From the human T2T-CHM13v2.0 reference genome, Homo sapiens, in the NCBI RefSeq assembly GCF_009914755.1, contig NC_060935.1: a stretch of 64,000 bases of DNA; one strand, written 5' to 3'. Of this stretch, positions 38,230 to 52,599 are shown piece by piece (position 1 is the stretch's first letter; each line of letters opens with the position of its first letter). A model generated the notes under the pieces. It worked only from the letters and a program-made list of their open reading frames with translations. It ran no database searches and was not told the DNA's origin. A program made the position numbers and the translations under genes.

Positions 38230-40018
38230 CAAGGAAATAGAGACCTTCTCTTCTCTCTCATCTTGCACCCTTCTCCAGCCACCACTCAGATCTTTCTGCT
38301 TCTCCTTACAGCAAAACTCCTCCAAAGTTATCCCTTCTTCTCTTCCCTTCTGAACTTACTTCAATCACACTTCAAATATCGTAACATCATCTACACCAGA
38401 GGTCAGTGACCTGTGGCCCATGAACCAATCCAGCCCACTATGTGTTTCTGTAAATAAGGTTTTATTCAAGGATAACCATGCTCATTCCGTAGGTACTACC
38501 TATGACTAGTGCTACAGCAGCAGAATTGAGTATTTGCAGCAAAGATCAGATGGCCTGCAAAGCCTAAAATATTTACTCTCTGGCCCGTTACAGAAAAAGT
38601 TTCCTGGCTACTTATCTAAACCACTTTATTCAGGGCCACCAATGAACTTCATGTTGCCCAATCAAATGTTGATTCTCAGGTCTCATCTTACTCTGTTGAT
38701 CTTCCCATTAGACATAGTTCATCATATCTTTCTTCCTGAAACGCTTGCTTCCTTGAACTCTGGTACACCTCCACATTTTCATTGTCATCCTACCCCATAT
38801 AGCATTTGTCCTCAGTCTGTTTTGCTGGATCCCTCTTCATCTTTCTGGTCTTTAAAAATTGGGGGTATTTGGACTCAGTTTTTGAGTCTCCTCTCCCTCC
38901 CTCCCCAGCTAGGAGCTTTCCCTGTCTCCAGCTTGAAACTTTCCCAGAGTTCCAGACTCATATATCCAATTAATTGCCTACTCACTATCTTTACTTAGAT
39001 ATCTAATACATAGTCTTCAAACCAAACACGTGGTCTTCTCCACAAACCCTCAACAAGCAAATAAACACCAAGCAAGCAAACAAAAACCTTGGTCCTCCCT
39101 CAGTCTTGTTCAACTTGGGAAATTCTAACTCTTCCAATTACCCAGGCTGCAAACTTGCAGGGACGCCTCTCTTTCTCTCATACCCCACATCCAATTGGTT
39201 AATAAATCCTGTGTTCTCAGCTTTAAAATACACCCATAATCTGACCACCTCTCACCATCTCCACCACTACTACCCCAGTCCAAGTCACCACCATCTCTTG
39301 CCTGGAGCATGATATTGACCTCAGCTGGTGTTCCTGCTTCCACCTATTCCTGCTGCACTTTATTCTCCTTACAGCAGCCAGGGTGATCATTTAAAATTGT
39401 AATTCAGATCATGTCATTCTGCTCGAGATCCTCCAGTGACTTCCCACCTCATTCAGAATAAAACCCAAAATGTACAACATGGCTGGAAAGGCTGTCCATA
39501 ATCCAGCTCTAGCTACCACTTTGATCTCCTCTGCCACTGTGCCTTCTTTGCCTCACTGTCCTCCTGCCACATTGGCCTTGTTGCTTTTCCTTGAATCCTT
39601 AAATTCAAGATTTCCTTGAATCTTGATTCAGGGACTTTGCTCTTGCTGTTCCCTCTGCTTGTAATCTTCTTCCCTTAGAAGGCTGATTCCTCACATCGTT
39701 CAGAGTTCTACTCACATATTCCCCCTTATCAGTGAGGCTTTTTCTGACAGGCCTGTCTAAAATTGTGCTGGCCCTATTACTATTTGCCTTCCTTTGTCTT
39801 TTCTTTCTTTCCTTCCTTCCTTCCTTCCTTCCTTCCTTTCTCTCTCTTTCAACACTTATCACCATCTGCCTACATACACATTTGTTTATTTTCTGTTTTC
39901 CCCATGGAAATGTAAACTCCCTGAAAATAAGAAATGTGTTTTCATCCACTGCCATCTCTCTGGTGCCTTAGAACATGTACATATAGTATATACTCAATAA
40001 ATATTTGTTGAATGAATA
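38230..40018 (+). mobile_element. L2 LINE 3' portion, interrupted by MER58
   Basis: L2 motifs (cagcagccagggtgatc...tcagatcatgtcattctgctc; gggactttgctcttgctgttccctctgc). Ends in ctcaataaatatttgttgaatgaat. Confidence 0.8.
38396..38612 (+). mobile_element. MER58-like hAT-Charlie DNA transposon
   Basis: tgtggccc...tttctgtaaataaggttttatt...atggcctgcaaagcctaaaatatttactctctggcccgttacagaaaaagttt matches MER58A as I recall the consensus. Confidence 0.8.
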
Positions 40019-42189
40019 CATGCTCCAACTCCTTTTGTGTTTCCCCACATTCTGGCCTTTATTGCTCTCTATTTTTTATCTTTTACTTGACTGTCTTCTA
40101 CTAAACTGTAGACTGGCTCCTTAAGTAAAGTGCTTATTTTTACTTCATTTACTGATTATTTTCAATATCTCCCTAACCTAGTACCTGGCAGAAAGTCTGC
40201 TAGTGAATAAACAAATCAATGATCAATGCAGAAACTGGCTTATTTGTAAAAAAGTGGGAGGATTTTCAAGTTGACCAATTATTCATCATGTATGGAGCTG
40301 TTCTTAGGGAGGGACTTTAACAATAATAGAACTGTCAACTAGGACCTGGAGAAGCTGAACAAATAATATTCAATCTAAAGAGAATGTGATGTTTTCCAGT
40401 GTTAAGCAATAAAGCCAAGGTATCAAAGCAGAATGTTTCTGTGTACTCAAACCCCATGTTTCCTATGACTGTCTACCATAAATCCTTGTCTGGTTTTATG
40501 AACTAAAGAGACCTGATCTTGCCTCATTAGAGTCTGCCTACTGTGGCTCCTGCCACCTGGCCGCTGTGGATTAAAGACCTGTCACATCATCAAGCTGCTC
40601 TGGCAGGTATTACAGGAACTCAGAGCTGAAGCAAATAAAACTGCTATTTGAGTTTCACTTTAAGTCCTAATTATTTATAGACTAACCAAAATGAATTGTA
40701 CTGATAATTACCATTTTTAAAAACAGTATTGAATAGAAGTTTCATATTAACCAGAAACACTCAACTAAATGGCACACTAGATTATTTCTTGTAAACCCGC
40801 AAATTTAGTTTATGCCAGCTCCACCACCATCCCAGGATGCAGGAGCTGTCCTAGCTCTATTCTCAAATTACTCCTCTGCCGGGCTCTTAGGTACTTACCT
40901 GAGGCTATTTCAGAAACAGTGACTGACTCTACGTCCCACAAGATGAAGGAACAACTACCATGTTTATGGCTGTTTTTTAGGTTGAACTGCCTATTTCTTT
41001 TTTTTTTTTTTTACACAATATCCTCAAATTTGTATGGATTTTTTAGTTAAAACAAATGATTCCTGTCAACCTTGCCCCAGACTGCAGAGACACCCAGTTC
41101 ACCATCCTTAGCCCTTAGTGATGAGGTGAGAACTCTAAAGGCTTCTAGGTGGAGCTCCCTGCCTACCAGTGCCTGTTTGAAAAGGATGTCTCCTGAAGTT
41201 GAGCAGGGCACAGACTATGTGGCAGCCCTGTACTACCATAAAGAAAAGGAATTTTATTGCAAGGATACTAGAAAATCTCATCAAATCTGAGGAACTGTAG
41301 AACAACCAAATGAGATAGGCCACATGCAGCTAAACCACATGAAGAACTAGAATAGAAGATTCAAATGCAATCAGGACACTCACTCTATCTCCTGGAGTGT
41401 TTGTTTGCTTTATTTTTCTCTCCCTACTGATCAGACCCTTTTACATGGTGGCAAACACAGCTACCACTGAATCCTAAGCTCCCTTTCTTATAGTTTCTAA
41501 ACCAGTGAGTGACTCTAGCACTCTTTGGGTTCAAGCTAAAAAATCTCAGGGAAGATCTCTGATGTGCTCAGAACGGATTAGATGTTCAGCTCTGTGTCAT
41601 CTAATTATGACAGTGGTGGCAGTGGGCAGGGTCTATGTGGACATAAAAATTACTTCGCCGTGGTAGATGTGTGTGTCTGTTGGAGTGGGGGAGGTATAGG
41701 GAGAGGTATTCTCCAAAGAATGACATGCTATTATCAGAAAAACCTGAGACATCAAGCAGAGAATACAGTGAGTGCTTGCCATGCTTTTGTTTATCTACTT
41801 CAGAATTGTAATTGACAAAAACAATCTAATTTTGGACTGCCCTTCCACTCCACCTCATGTTTATCCTGCTGAAGTACTCTATCTTCAAAACTGAGCTTAA
41901 GGGTCATCTCATTTTCTCAACTTGAAGTTGAGTTAGTATCCTTCTCTAAGTTGTCACAGAACTCTATATACCTGTTTTTACCCATACCATAGTACTTATG
42001 ACATATTATTCTCTGTCTGCTGCTATTAAAGAGGAAGATTGGTGAGGTTAGAAATTGTCGTACCCATTTATTAACATAGTTATAATAACTATGGCTCTCC
42101 CCAAAACAATATTTTCAGCTTAGGCTGCTTTCCTGAACCTCACTCTCATAAGTCCAACCTCTCACTCATGCCCACCTGGATGTCCCATA

Positions 42190-43215
42190 GCTAAAACTGC
42201 TTCAACAAATGCTCTGGAGCAACTTGGGAAAGAATAAACTTTGACTCAATTCATACCAAACACCAAAATTATTAAGGGATAGATTACAGATCTAAACACA
42301 CAGGCTTAAACTGTACAATTTCTAGAAGAAAACATACAATATACTTATAATTTGAGGTAGGCAAAGATTTATGGATAGAATGTAAAAAGCACAAATGATA
42401 AATAAAAAAGTTGTTAAACTGGACTTCAGCCCAAGTTAAAAATTTCTGTTCTTCAAAAGAAGTCATTTAAAAAATGAAAAGACAAGTCACAAAGTGGGAA
42501 ACAATGTTTGCAATATATATATCTGAAAAGTTTTTATTCAAAGTATTTTTAAAGTCCTACAATTGAAAAATAAATAGAAAAACCAATAAAAAATGAGCTA
42601 GAGACTTGACTGGATATTTAACATAAGATATATATATATATATATAAGTGATCAGAAAGCATATGAAAAACATCATTAGTCATCGGGGAGATGCAAATTA
42701 AAGCCAAAGTTCACTTGATACCCACCAGAGTAGCTAAAATTAAAGACTGACAATATTAAGTGTTAATAAGACATGGAGCCCTTGCAACTCTCATTTAAAT
42801 TGGTGGGAATGCAACATGATACAGTTACTTTGAAAAATAGTTTGGTATCTTCTTGTAAATGTAATCATATAACTAATGTATGACTTAGAAATTCACTCCT
42901 AGAAAATTACCTAACAGAAAAACATATGTCCACAAAAAGGTATCTTTACAAGACTGTTCACAATTACCTCAAACTGGAAACTACCCTAATATCCATCAAC
43001 AGGTAAATTAATACATTGCGGTATATTCATACAGTGAAATGCTACTCAACAATAAAAAGGACTGAACTATTGATGCAGGAAACAACATGGATGAACCATA
43101 AAAGCATTATAGAAGGCAGACACAAAAGAATACAGATAGATAATTCCAATGACTGTAAGTCCAAGAACAGGCAAAACTAAGCTATGGTGGTAGAAATCAA
43201 ATCAGTGGAAGAGTT
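42190..43215 (+). mobile_element. Old L1 (L1ME/MC-like) ORF2 3' end and 3' UTR remnant
   Basis: Degenerate L1 motifs (catcattagtcatcggggagatgcaaattaaagcc; aaactggaaactaccctaatatccatcaacagg; aacaacatggatgaacc). Confidence 0.75.
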
Positions 43216-43473
43216 AGGAAGGATGTCTAATCCATATATTATCATGGTTGTAACCATGACACCTCCCAAAACTGTATTTCCAGCCCATGCTAGTCTCCTA
43301 AATATGTATAGATTAATCTTCTATATCTTGTCTCAGGAGGTGGTTTTAGAAACTCTTTTCTCTTTGTCCATCTCACAAACACTTAGCATTTTTAAGATTA
43401 TGCTTAGGTGTTCTACCCAATGTTGTCACAGTGAATGCCACTTATTTTTATATATTTCTCTCCTATCACATTA

Positions 43474-44007
<534 letters not shown>

Positions 44008-44789
44008 CCACATAGTTTCTTTTTATTGCATTTCTCTGCAGTTATCTCAGATTTGTCTTTTTTTCATGAATTTAATCTCATAATTCTTATGCTCAATGAT
44101 CTCATTTACTTCTAGCTGCCTTTTATTACTAGTAATAAAAATGAGGTGGCTTAGCTATTTGCTTGTATGCATTTTTTCATAGTGTCACATTTTCAGCTCT
44201 ATCTATTGTCCACAATTCAATAATGGAAAACTTTTAAAGATTTCCAGTAGCATTAATAACTCCAATAAAATCTACCATTTAATTTTTCTTTTCTAACTTT
44301 TTTCCCAATTAACCTTTACTCCCTTTCCTAACTAAAAGCTTAATTTATTAAAAAAAAAACAACAACAACTTTTTTCCATTAACAAATGGAAGCTTCCCTT
44401 TTTAGAAAAAATTCAAAGGGAATTGAGGAAAAAGTTATCATCTTATTACAGAGATACAAATATCCCTTAGTATTATTTCTTCATTTTAAAAAAATGTATC
44501 CTGTTTAAATTTAGTTGTACTATACTTTTCTGTATAATTTTAATTCCGATTTTTAAGTTTACTATTTCACATAATGAAGTGTTATGGGCATAGACTTTGG
44601 AATTTGGCTGTATGACTTTAGAAATATTATTTAATCTCTGAGCCTCAGTTTTAGGTATTTAAATGTGATAACATATTAATAGCTCTCACCATAGTTGCTG
44701 ACACTATAGTTCAATAAATAGAAGCCAATTTTAATAGTAATAGACACACTTTCCCAATTATTAGAAAATCTTTAGAAGCATCAGTTTTA

Positions 44790-45735
44790 ATGAACATATA
44801 ACAATGAAATGAAATTAAAACTCAGTAACATAAAGGAATTTGGAAAATTCTCAAATGTATGGAAATTAAGCAACACTCTCCTAACTAACCAATGGATCAA
44901 AGAAGAAATCACAAGAGAAAATGAAACTACTTTTAGATGAATGAGAATGAAGACACAAGATACCAAAATTTATAGGATGTAGCTAACACTGTACTTAGAG
45001 AAAAACTTATAGCCATATATGTCTATACTAAAAAAAGATCCAAAGGAATAATCTAATCTTCTACCTGAAGATACTGGAAAAGTAAGACCAAACTAAACCT
45101 AAAGCAAGGAGAAAAAAAAAAAAACAATAATAAATATTAGAACAGAAATTAATGAAACAGAGAATTTTAAAAATTGAGAAAAATTAACAAAACAAAGTGG
45201 GGAAGAAAAATCTTGTTTTTTTTTGCAAAGATTGATGAAATTGATTAACCTTAGCTAGACTGACCAAGAAAACAAAGATTTACATTGCAAACATTAGGAA
45301 TAAAAGAAGAGATATTATTATTGACCTTACACAAATAAGATTTAAAAGGGAATACTATGAACAATTATATGCCAGTAAATTAGCTAACTTAGATAAGATG
45401 GACTAATTCCTAGAAAGACACAAACTACCAAAATTGAATCAAGAAAAAATTAAAACGCAGAATAGACCTATAACAAGTAAAGAGATTGAATCAGTGATTT
45501 AAAAAATTATCCACACAGAAGCCCATGCCTAGATGGCTTTCCTGGTGAATTCTACTAAACACCATTTAAAAAAGAATGAAAGCCAATTCTCACAAAGTTT
45601 TCTAAAAGATAGAAGAGGAGACATTTCCCAACTTATTCTATGAGGCCAGTATTACCTAGATACCAAAATTTGACAAAGATATCACGAGAAAAGAAGACTA
45701 CAAACCAAGGTGTCTTATAAACATAATGACAAAAT
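44790..45735 (+). mobile_element. Old L1 (L1M) ORF2 fragment
   Basis: Decayed ORF2 homology (aaccaatggatcaaagaagaaatcacaag; gaatactatgaacaattatatgcca; cctagatggctttcctggtgaattctac). Confidence 0.8.
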
Positions 45736-46080
45736 AGTATTTCAAGTGAATTTACTGCAGTGGCTTAACATTCCTATGTTGTTTGTTGTTTTCCATTTTC
45801 TTTGTAGTCTATATTGCAATGAATATACCATTCAGTGCATTTTGGATTATTTTCTTGGGATAGATTTCTAAAGGTTAAATTATTGAGTTAAAAATTATGA
45901 ATAGTTTAAAAGTTTTGACACACTGCCAAATTGCTTTCAAATAATCTGTACTAATTGACATTTCCACCAGCAACCATTTATTCGTAATTAATAACTGGTC
46001 CCAAGAATGTATCATGATTGCTTTTTTTTTCCCTTTCAACACCCTCTACACTCTCCGTATTGCCTCCTTATAAGGTAAGT

Positions 46081-46285
46081 CTTCCTGCCCTCGAACATCA
46101 GACTCAAAGTTCTTCTGTTTGGGACTCGGACTGGCTCTCCTTGCTCCTCAGCTTGCAGACTGCCTATTGGGGTATCTTGTGATCTTGTGAGTTAATACAT
46201 AATAAACTCCCATATATATATATTATATATATAATATCATATATATATTTCCTCTAATAGGATATATATATTTCCCCCACTAATA

Positions 46286-46335
<50 letters not shown>

Positions 46336-46705
46336 CAGTTCTGTCCCTCCAGAGAACTCTGACTAATACGACAGTCAAGAGCTCTGCTTAATTCCTTTTG
46401 CTGGTAAAATAACCTCCCTATCTTGCTCCCTATTCTACTTGGTGAATAATGATCTATTCTTTAATATTTAGCTCACATGTCCCCTCTTGCTTGCATATAC
46501 TCCCCTCCATAGCAGAACTTATCCTGCCTTCCTCATGCCCCTTCGGTACTTTGCATGCACTGTCACATTGCCTTAGTAACTTAGAAATCTCTGTCATTGA
46601 ATTGTGAGGTTCTTTAGTATTGTAGCTCCAGTTCCTAGCACAATGCCTGGATTATGCATGTGTTCAGTATATATTTGGTGCATGAATAAATGGATGTAAG
46701 TATCT
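46081..46705 (+). repeat. Left arm of an inverted duplication: 3' part of an MLT2A LTR plus flanking host sequence; reverse complement of 49399-50000
   Basis: For example acagtcaagagctctgcttaattccttttgctggta (46371 onward) is the reverse complement of taccagcaaaaggaattaagcagagctcttgactgt (49699-49734). Similarity continues through LTR and host sequence. Confidence 0.92.
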
Positions 46706-48489
46706 AGGACGGAGGATCCTAGAGTAATTAGGCAAGCCTTCTAACAAGGTGCCGTCATTCTGAACACAGGGCTTTGGCAGACTAGGTTTAGTATTAATTT
46801 ATTTGCTAGGATTCAAAGTATTCCAGCATGGATATGAACATGACCTTAAATTGGGAATATGAGAGAAGTATCAGAGAATCAAATCCCAAAGATGATGTTG
46901 TTGCACTGTATTATCCACCACGGCTACATTTCTTCCAACATCCATCCTGCCTTGCAAACATCAAACTTTGTGTGGTCACTGGGTCATAGGTCCAGTTTTT
47001 GGAAAAAACTGAAACAGCTTTCTTCAGGTTCATTAAAGCTGATGGAGCTTTTATGCTACTGTCAGCTAGGGGGGTTATTCGTTCATTTATTTATTTATTT
47101 TATTTACTAATTAAGTTATAATTATTATTCCTTTATTAATAAATTTATTTATTGAATGCCTGTATGTCCCACTATGTGTCAAGGCTTCCACTGAGCCCTT
47201 AGCAATTTTGTCTTCATTTAGATATTCATGTTTGGAACTAGTGCAAGAGATGATAAAATTTAATAATAGATTCTGAAAGTGTCATTTTCTTTGCCAATTT
47301 GTGCATCATTCTGTGTGGTAGATTCCACAGGAAATTGCCAGCTTTGTGACTCCTATTAATTATTTCATAAGCCTAAAATTGTATAGGATTTCATCATTAA
47401 GTTTCAAAATACTATGGCTTATACTACAACTCAAAGGGTCAGAAAGCAAAACAAAACTAAGTAAAGAAGAAAAAAACCTTTATTCCCTACTTTGCTCACT
47501 TTACAGTTATTCTCACCAATTGGACATGTTGAAATTATTTTTAAATTCCCATATGTTAGATAGAGAAATGGGGCTCAGAACATACGTTGTTGGTCACATT
47601 GCTAATTTCTTGATTTCTATTTTTTTCTGTTTTTCTTTTCTTTTTTTTTTTTTTTGGATATTTTCTAAAATTCAAAGGTTCTTGTCAATGCCTAGAGAGC
47701 TACCTAATCCCTCACAATATGGCTGTCAGCCCACAATGGCCACAGTAGGTTACAGGAGCAACCACTGGCAGGAAAAGCTCTAGGGTCCATAGATGGAAGT
47801 CCGACTAACTGATCAGTGTTGGGCAGGGAGAATGGCTTTCAGAATCCAGTGAAGCCCACCAATGTCCACAGGGAGCCAAGAATCAGACTGAGAATGAGGA
47901 GACCTGGTTCTCCAGTGCAATTTGAACAAGTCATTCATATATCTGGGCCTGTTTCTTCATATATAAAAGACAGTGCATAGACCAGTTGATCGCTGAGGAT
48001 CTCTGAGGTTTCTTTCATCTCTACCATTCTCAAATCCTGAAACCTCATTCAAGGTCAAGCTAAAAGATAAATTCCTTTTTTCCCTTTTCTATTTTAGCAT
48101 TCTCTAAATGCATTGCTAATTGAGGGTATTATTTTGTTCCTGTGATTGTTTCCCCCCAAATCCAGAGACTGACATAACAGTTAATAAAATCCTAATGTGA
48201 GTGAAAATTCTGTCTGGGTTATCTTTAATGAATTTAATTGAGCACCCACTAAGTACATATCACCACATTAGGCCCCTTCTCTGACTATCCTGATCCTTTC
48301 CTTCCTTTAACCACAGTTACTCAGTTTGGACTTAAGGGTTCTCTAATTGCTCTATTGATGCTAGTTTTTTGTTTCATCTTCAGCTTAACCCTGTAAGGAG
48401 GAGGATCTTATCTTAAAATTTTCTTTTGCACTCTTCAAGGTACCCCAGAATAATGTGTGGAACCAAATAGATAAAAAGTACTTGTCAAT

Positions 48490-48765
48490 AATAATAGCAT
48501 TTGTTGGTAACATTTGTTAAATGCTTACTCATATAGCGGATACTTTTATAAGTGCTTTACATGGATTAATCATTCTAAGTGCTTTCCACATACCAAGTCC
48601 TATTAAGTGGCTACAAATAGTGTTCACAACTTATACATAAGGAAACTGAGCTAGAGAAAGGTTGAGTCACTTGCCTAAGGGTTTACACAACTAGGAGTCA
48701 CAAGCCAAGATTCATACCCAAGCAGTTTGGCTCCAGAGTTGCGCTCTTATCTATTATACGATACT
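48490..48765 (-). mobile_element. MIR SINE
   Basis: taagtgctttacatggattaa...aaggaaactgagctagagaaaggttgagtcacttgcctaagg reverse-complement MIR. Confidence 0.75.
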
Positions 48766-49734
48766 ACCTTTTCTGTGATTGCTTGCAAAGATTCCAAGTG
48801 TGCATTCTACTCTGCTCTCAGTGGATAGCCACAATAACTACTGCTGAGAACTTCTCCAGGCAAATTACTTCCTATAAAATTTTATACCTTATTTCTAAAA
48901 TATAATCTCTCTCTATTTTTTTCAAGTGATTCAAGCAATGAGATTTTGGTGATCAATCCCCAAGGGCTATGACACCACTGAATACTTTTGATGGGTATGA
49001 AGTAATATGCTCATTTGCAGGGAGCATGTCTTGCCTCAATTTCATTTCTTCACTCCCAGGAATGCCACTTCTTCTGTAGCTTCCCTAAGGGCTCCTCTCC
49101 TCTTCTGGTAATCTCTCAGACTAGTCTTTACTGGCTGGTCTTACATACCTATCCTAAAGGTTATGTGACTCCATGGGGCTGGCCAAAACCTATAAGCTGA
49201 TTTACCCTTACCTGTGTAAGGAAATTACCCTCACTGAGATCCATACGTTGATTACACCAATTTAAAGTTACAGGATCCCCATTCTTTTTCTGTTTCCATT
49301 GCTGTCTCCCCAGTACTTCTGAAGTTACTCATTTCTCATGAACTTTCTCTTGTTAGAAGGCTTTCCTAATTACTGTAGATAATTAGGAAATAATTATCAG
49401 ATAGTTACATCCATTTATGCATGTACCTAATATATTTTGAGCACATGAATAATCCAGGCACTGTGCTAGGAACTGGGGCTACAATAAGCTCTAAAAAACC
49501 TCACAATTTAATGACAGAGATTTCTAAGTTACTAAGGCAATGTGACAGTGCACGCAAAGTACTCAAGGGGCATGAAGAAGGCAGGATAAGTTCTGCTATG
49601 GAGGGGAGGATAGGCAAGCAAGAGGGGACATGTGAGCTAAATATTAAATAGACCATTATTCACCAAGTAGAATAGGGAGCAAGATAGGGAGGTTATTCTA
49701 CCAGCAAAAGGAATTAAGCAGAGCTCTTGACTGT

Positions 49735-50256
49735 TGTATTGGTCAGAGTTCTCTGGAGTGACAGAACTAATTAGGATATATATATTTATATATATACACA
49801 CACACACCCATTTATATATATATATATAGATAGATCTAATAGGATATATATATATACACACACACACACACATATTATTAAGTATTAACTTACAAGATCA
49901 CAAGGTCTCACAATAAGGCATCTGCAAGCTGAAGAGAAAGGAGAGCCAGTCCAAGTCCCAAAACTGAAGAACCTGGAGTCCGATGTTCAAGGGTAGGAAG
50001 CATCCAGCATGGGAGAAGGATGTGGGCTGGGAGGCTAGACCAGTCTAGTCTTTTCACATTTTTCTGTCTGCTTTATATTCTAGCCATGCTGGCAGCTGGT
50101 TAGATGGTACCCACACAGATTAAGGGTGGGTCTGCCTTTCCCAGCCCACTGACTCAAATGTTAATCTCCTTTGGCAACACCCTCACAGATACATCTAGGA
50201 TCAATAGTTTGCATCCTTCCACCCAATCAAGTTGACACTCAGTATTAACCATCACA
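49735..50256 (-). mobile_element. 3' LTR (MLT2A-type)
   Basis: Minus strand begins TGTGATGGTTAATACTGAGTGTCAACTTGATTGG and ends ...GAGAACTCTGACCAATACA; internal TA/CA tract. Confidence 0.93.
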
Positions 50257-50743
50257 AGTCTACCCCTTGTCAACTTGAACCCATACACATCTTCTGAGAT
50301 TATATATAATCTTCAAATAAAGACAATAATAAGGTCATAATTACACCTAACATAATACAACTATCCTTCGTACAACCAGAAATGCACCAATCTCCAACCC
50401 AAATACTATTAAAGTTAACAATACTTCTATGCTTATGTGAGGTCAATAAATCTTATGTCACATGATAAAGGAAAAAGGAAATAAAATGAAGATATTTTCT
50501 TAGTACAGGTTACATGCACAAACATGTTTTTAACAAAAGAAGGAGGAAATCCTTATGACAATTATACTCCTAGTTTCTGCAGCTGGTCATGTGGTCATAG
50601 CTGGTATTGATGACTTCTTCTACTACCCATTCAGTATTCCCTTTGCCTTCAGCAAGCACCTCAGCAGGTCATGGTTTTTTTCCTGGTAGAGTGACCTAAA
50701 CCTTGATTCCTAAAGGGCCTGGGCTATCCCTTCCTGGATTGGG

Positions 50744-51030
50744 TTATTGTAGTTTCCCACTGACCTTAATCACAGGGCACAGTAATACTAAGAGACACCC
50801 TAATGAATCTCCTGTATTCCATGCATACTCTTCCTTACCTCCATTATGAAGTAGTAGACTGATTTCATCTTGACAGTCTGGGTCAGTCACCCCAGCCAAC
50901 ACTGTAACTTCCTTTTTAGCCTGCTGACTTAAAAGTAGGAGGAGCCCAAAGTGTCCAGGTGGCAATCTTAACTTCCCATTTAACAGAATCGTTGTGTCTC
51001 CTGGTGGCAGCATTCCTCCCTCTGGAACTA
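50744..51030 (-). pseudogene. HERV-L dUTPase remnant
   Basis: LPPGDT...KLRLPPGHFGLLL...VTVLAGVTDPD...ISLLLHN dUTPase motifs, located after integrase as in ERV-L elements. Confidence 0.85.
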
Positions 51031-51037
51031 AGACTAC

Positions 51038-52585
51038 CTAGGCCAGCAGACTATCTAGGCCAGCAGAATGTAATGTTGTGGGAGGAGGAAGCAAAAAATT
51101 TGCTAGTGGATCACTAGGAGTGATGGTGAGTGGTGCCGCTTCCACTTCCACCCGTTGATTCCTGGACCCGTGAATCCTGGCTATGGGAGAAACAGTACCA
51201 TATATTAGTTGCTGATTCAGAGCATACGTGGCCTTCTGGAGAACTTTGCCCCAGCCCTGCAAAGTATTGTCACTTAGTTGGAGTTGTAATTGTGACTTAC
51301 AAAGCTATTTCACCATTCTATCAATCCAGTTGCTTCAGGATGATGGGGAACATAGTAAGACCAGTGAATTCCATGAGCATGAGCCCACTGCCACACTTCT
51401 TTAGCCATAAAGTGAGTGCCTTGGTCAGAGGCAATGCTGTGTGGGGTGTGTGTAACAATGTGTGTACCATGACAGTGGATAAGGCACTTCATGAGTCCAC
51501 AGATGGTAGTCTTGGCAGAAGCATTGTGTGCAGGACAGGCATACCCATATCCAGAGTAAGTGTCTATTCCAGTGAGGACAAACCTCTGCTCTTTCCGTGA
51601 TGGAAGAGGTGCAATATATATATAACCTGCCACCAGGTAGCTGGCTGATCACCCTGAGGAATGGTGCCATATTGAGGGCTCAGTGTTGGTCTCTGCTGCT
51701 GGCAAATGGGGCACTCAGCAGTGGCTGTAGCCAGGTCATCCCTGGTGAGTGGAAGCCCATGTTGCTGAGCCCATGCATAATCTCCATCCCTGCCACCATG
51801 GCCACGTTGTTCATGGGCCCATTGGGCGATGACAGGGGTGGCTGGGGAAAAAGACTGAGTGGCGTCCACAGAACAGGTCATCCTATATACTTGATTATTA
51901 AAATCCTCCTCTGCTGAGGTCACCCATTGGTGAGGACTCACATGGGATACAAATATCTTCATGTTTTTTTACCTCTCAGAGAGGTCCATCCATATACCTC
52001 TTCCCCAAATTTCTTTGTCACCAATTTTCCAATCATGCTTCTTCCAAGTCCCTGACCATCCAGCCAAACCACTGGCTACAGCCCATGAATCAGTATATAA
52101 TTGCACATCTGGCCATTTCTCCTTCCATGCAAAGCGCAAAACCAGGTGCACTGCTCTAAGTTCTGCCCACTGGGAAGATTTCCCTTCATGGCTGTCCTTC
52201 AGGGATGTCCTAGAAAGGGGCTGTAGTGCTGCAGCTGTCCACTTTTGGGTGGTATCTGGATATCGTGCAGAATCATCTGTGAACCAGGACCCAGTCTTCT
52301 CTTCCTCTGTCTACTGATCATAGGGAACTCCCCATGAGGCCATTGGTGCAGGGTGGCAGGAGTGGAGACCATGGACATTTGAGCCACTTCATCATGTAAC
52401 TTACTTGTGCCTTCAGGACCTACTTGAGACCAATCATGTATATACCACTTCCATTTGCTGATGGAATGCTGCTGTGCACGGCCTACTCTATGGCTAGATG
52501 GGTCAGAAAGCACTTAGTTCATGATTGGCAGTTCAGGTCTCATGGCAACTGGATGACCCGTAGTCAAACGTTCAGTTTCCACTAA
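51038..52585 (-). pseudogene. HERV-L pol remnant (RNase H and integrase), frameshifted
   Basis: LYTDSWAVASGLAGWS (RNase H); HEQRGHGG...CPICQ (integrase HHCC); IDTYSGY, IASDQGTHF, YHP-like VPHHPEATGLIE (integrase core), split over several ORFs. Confidence 0.88.
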
Positions 52586-52599
52586 ACTTGGTCCTAGAA

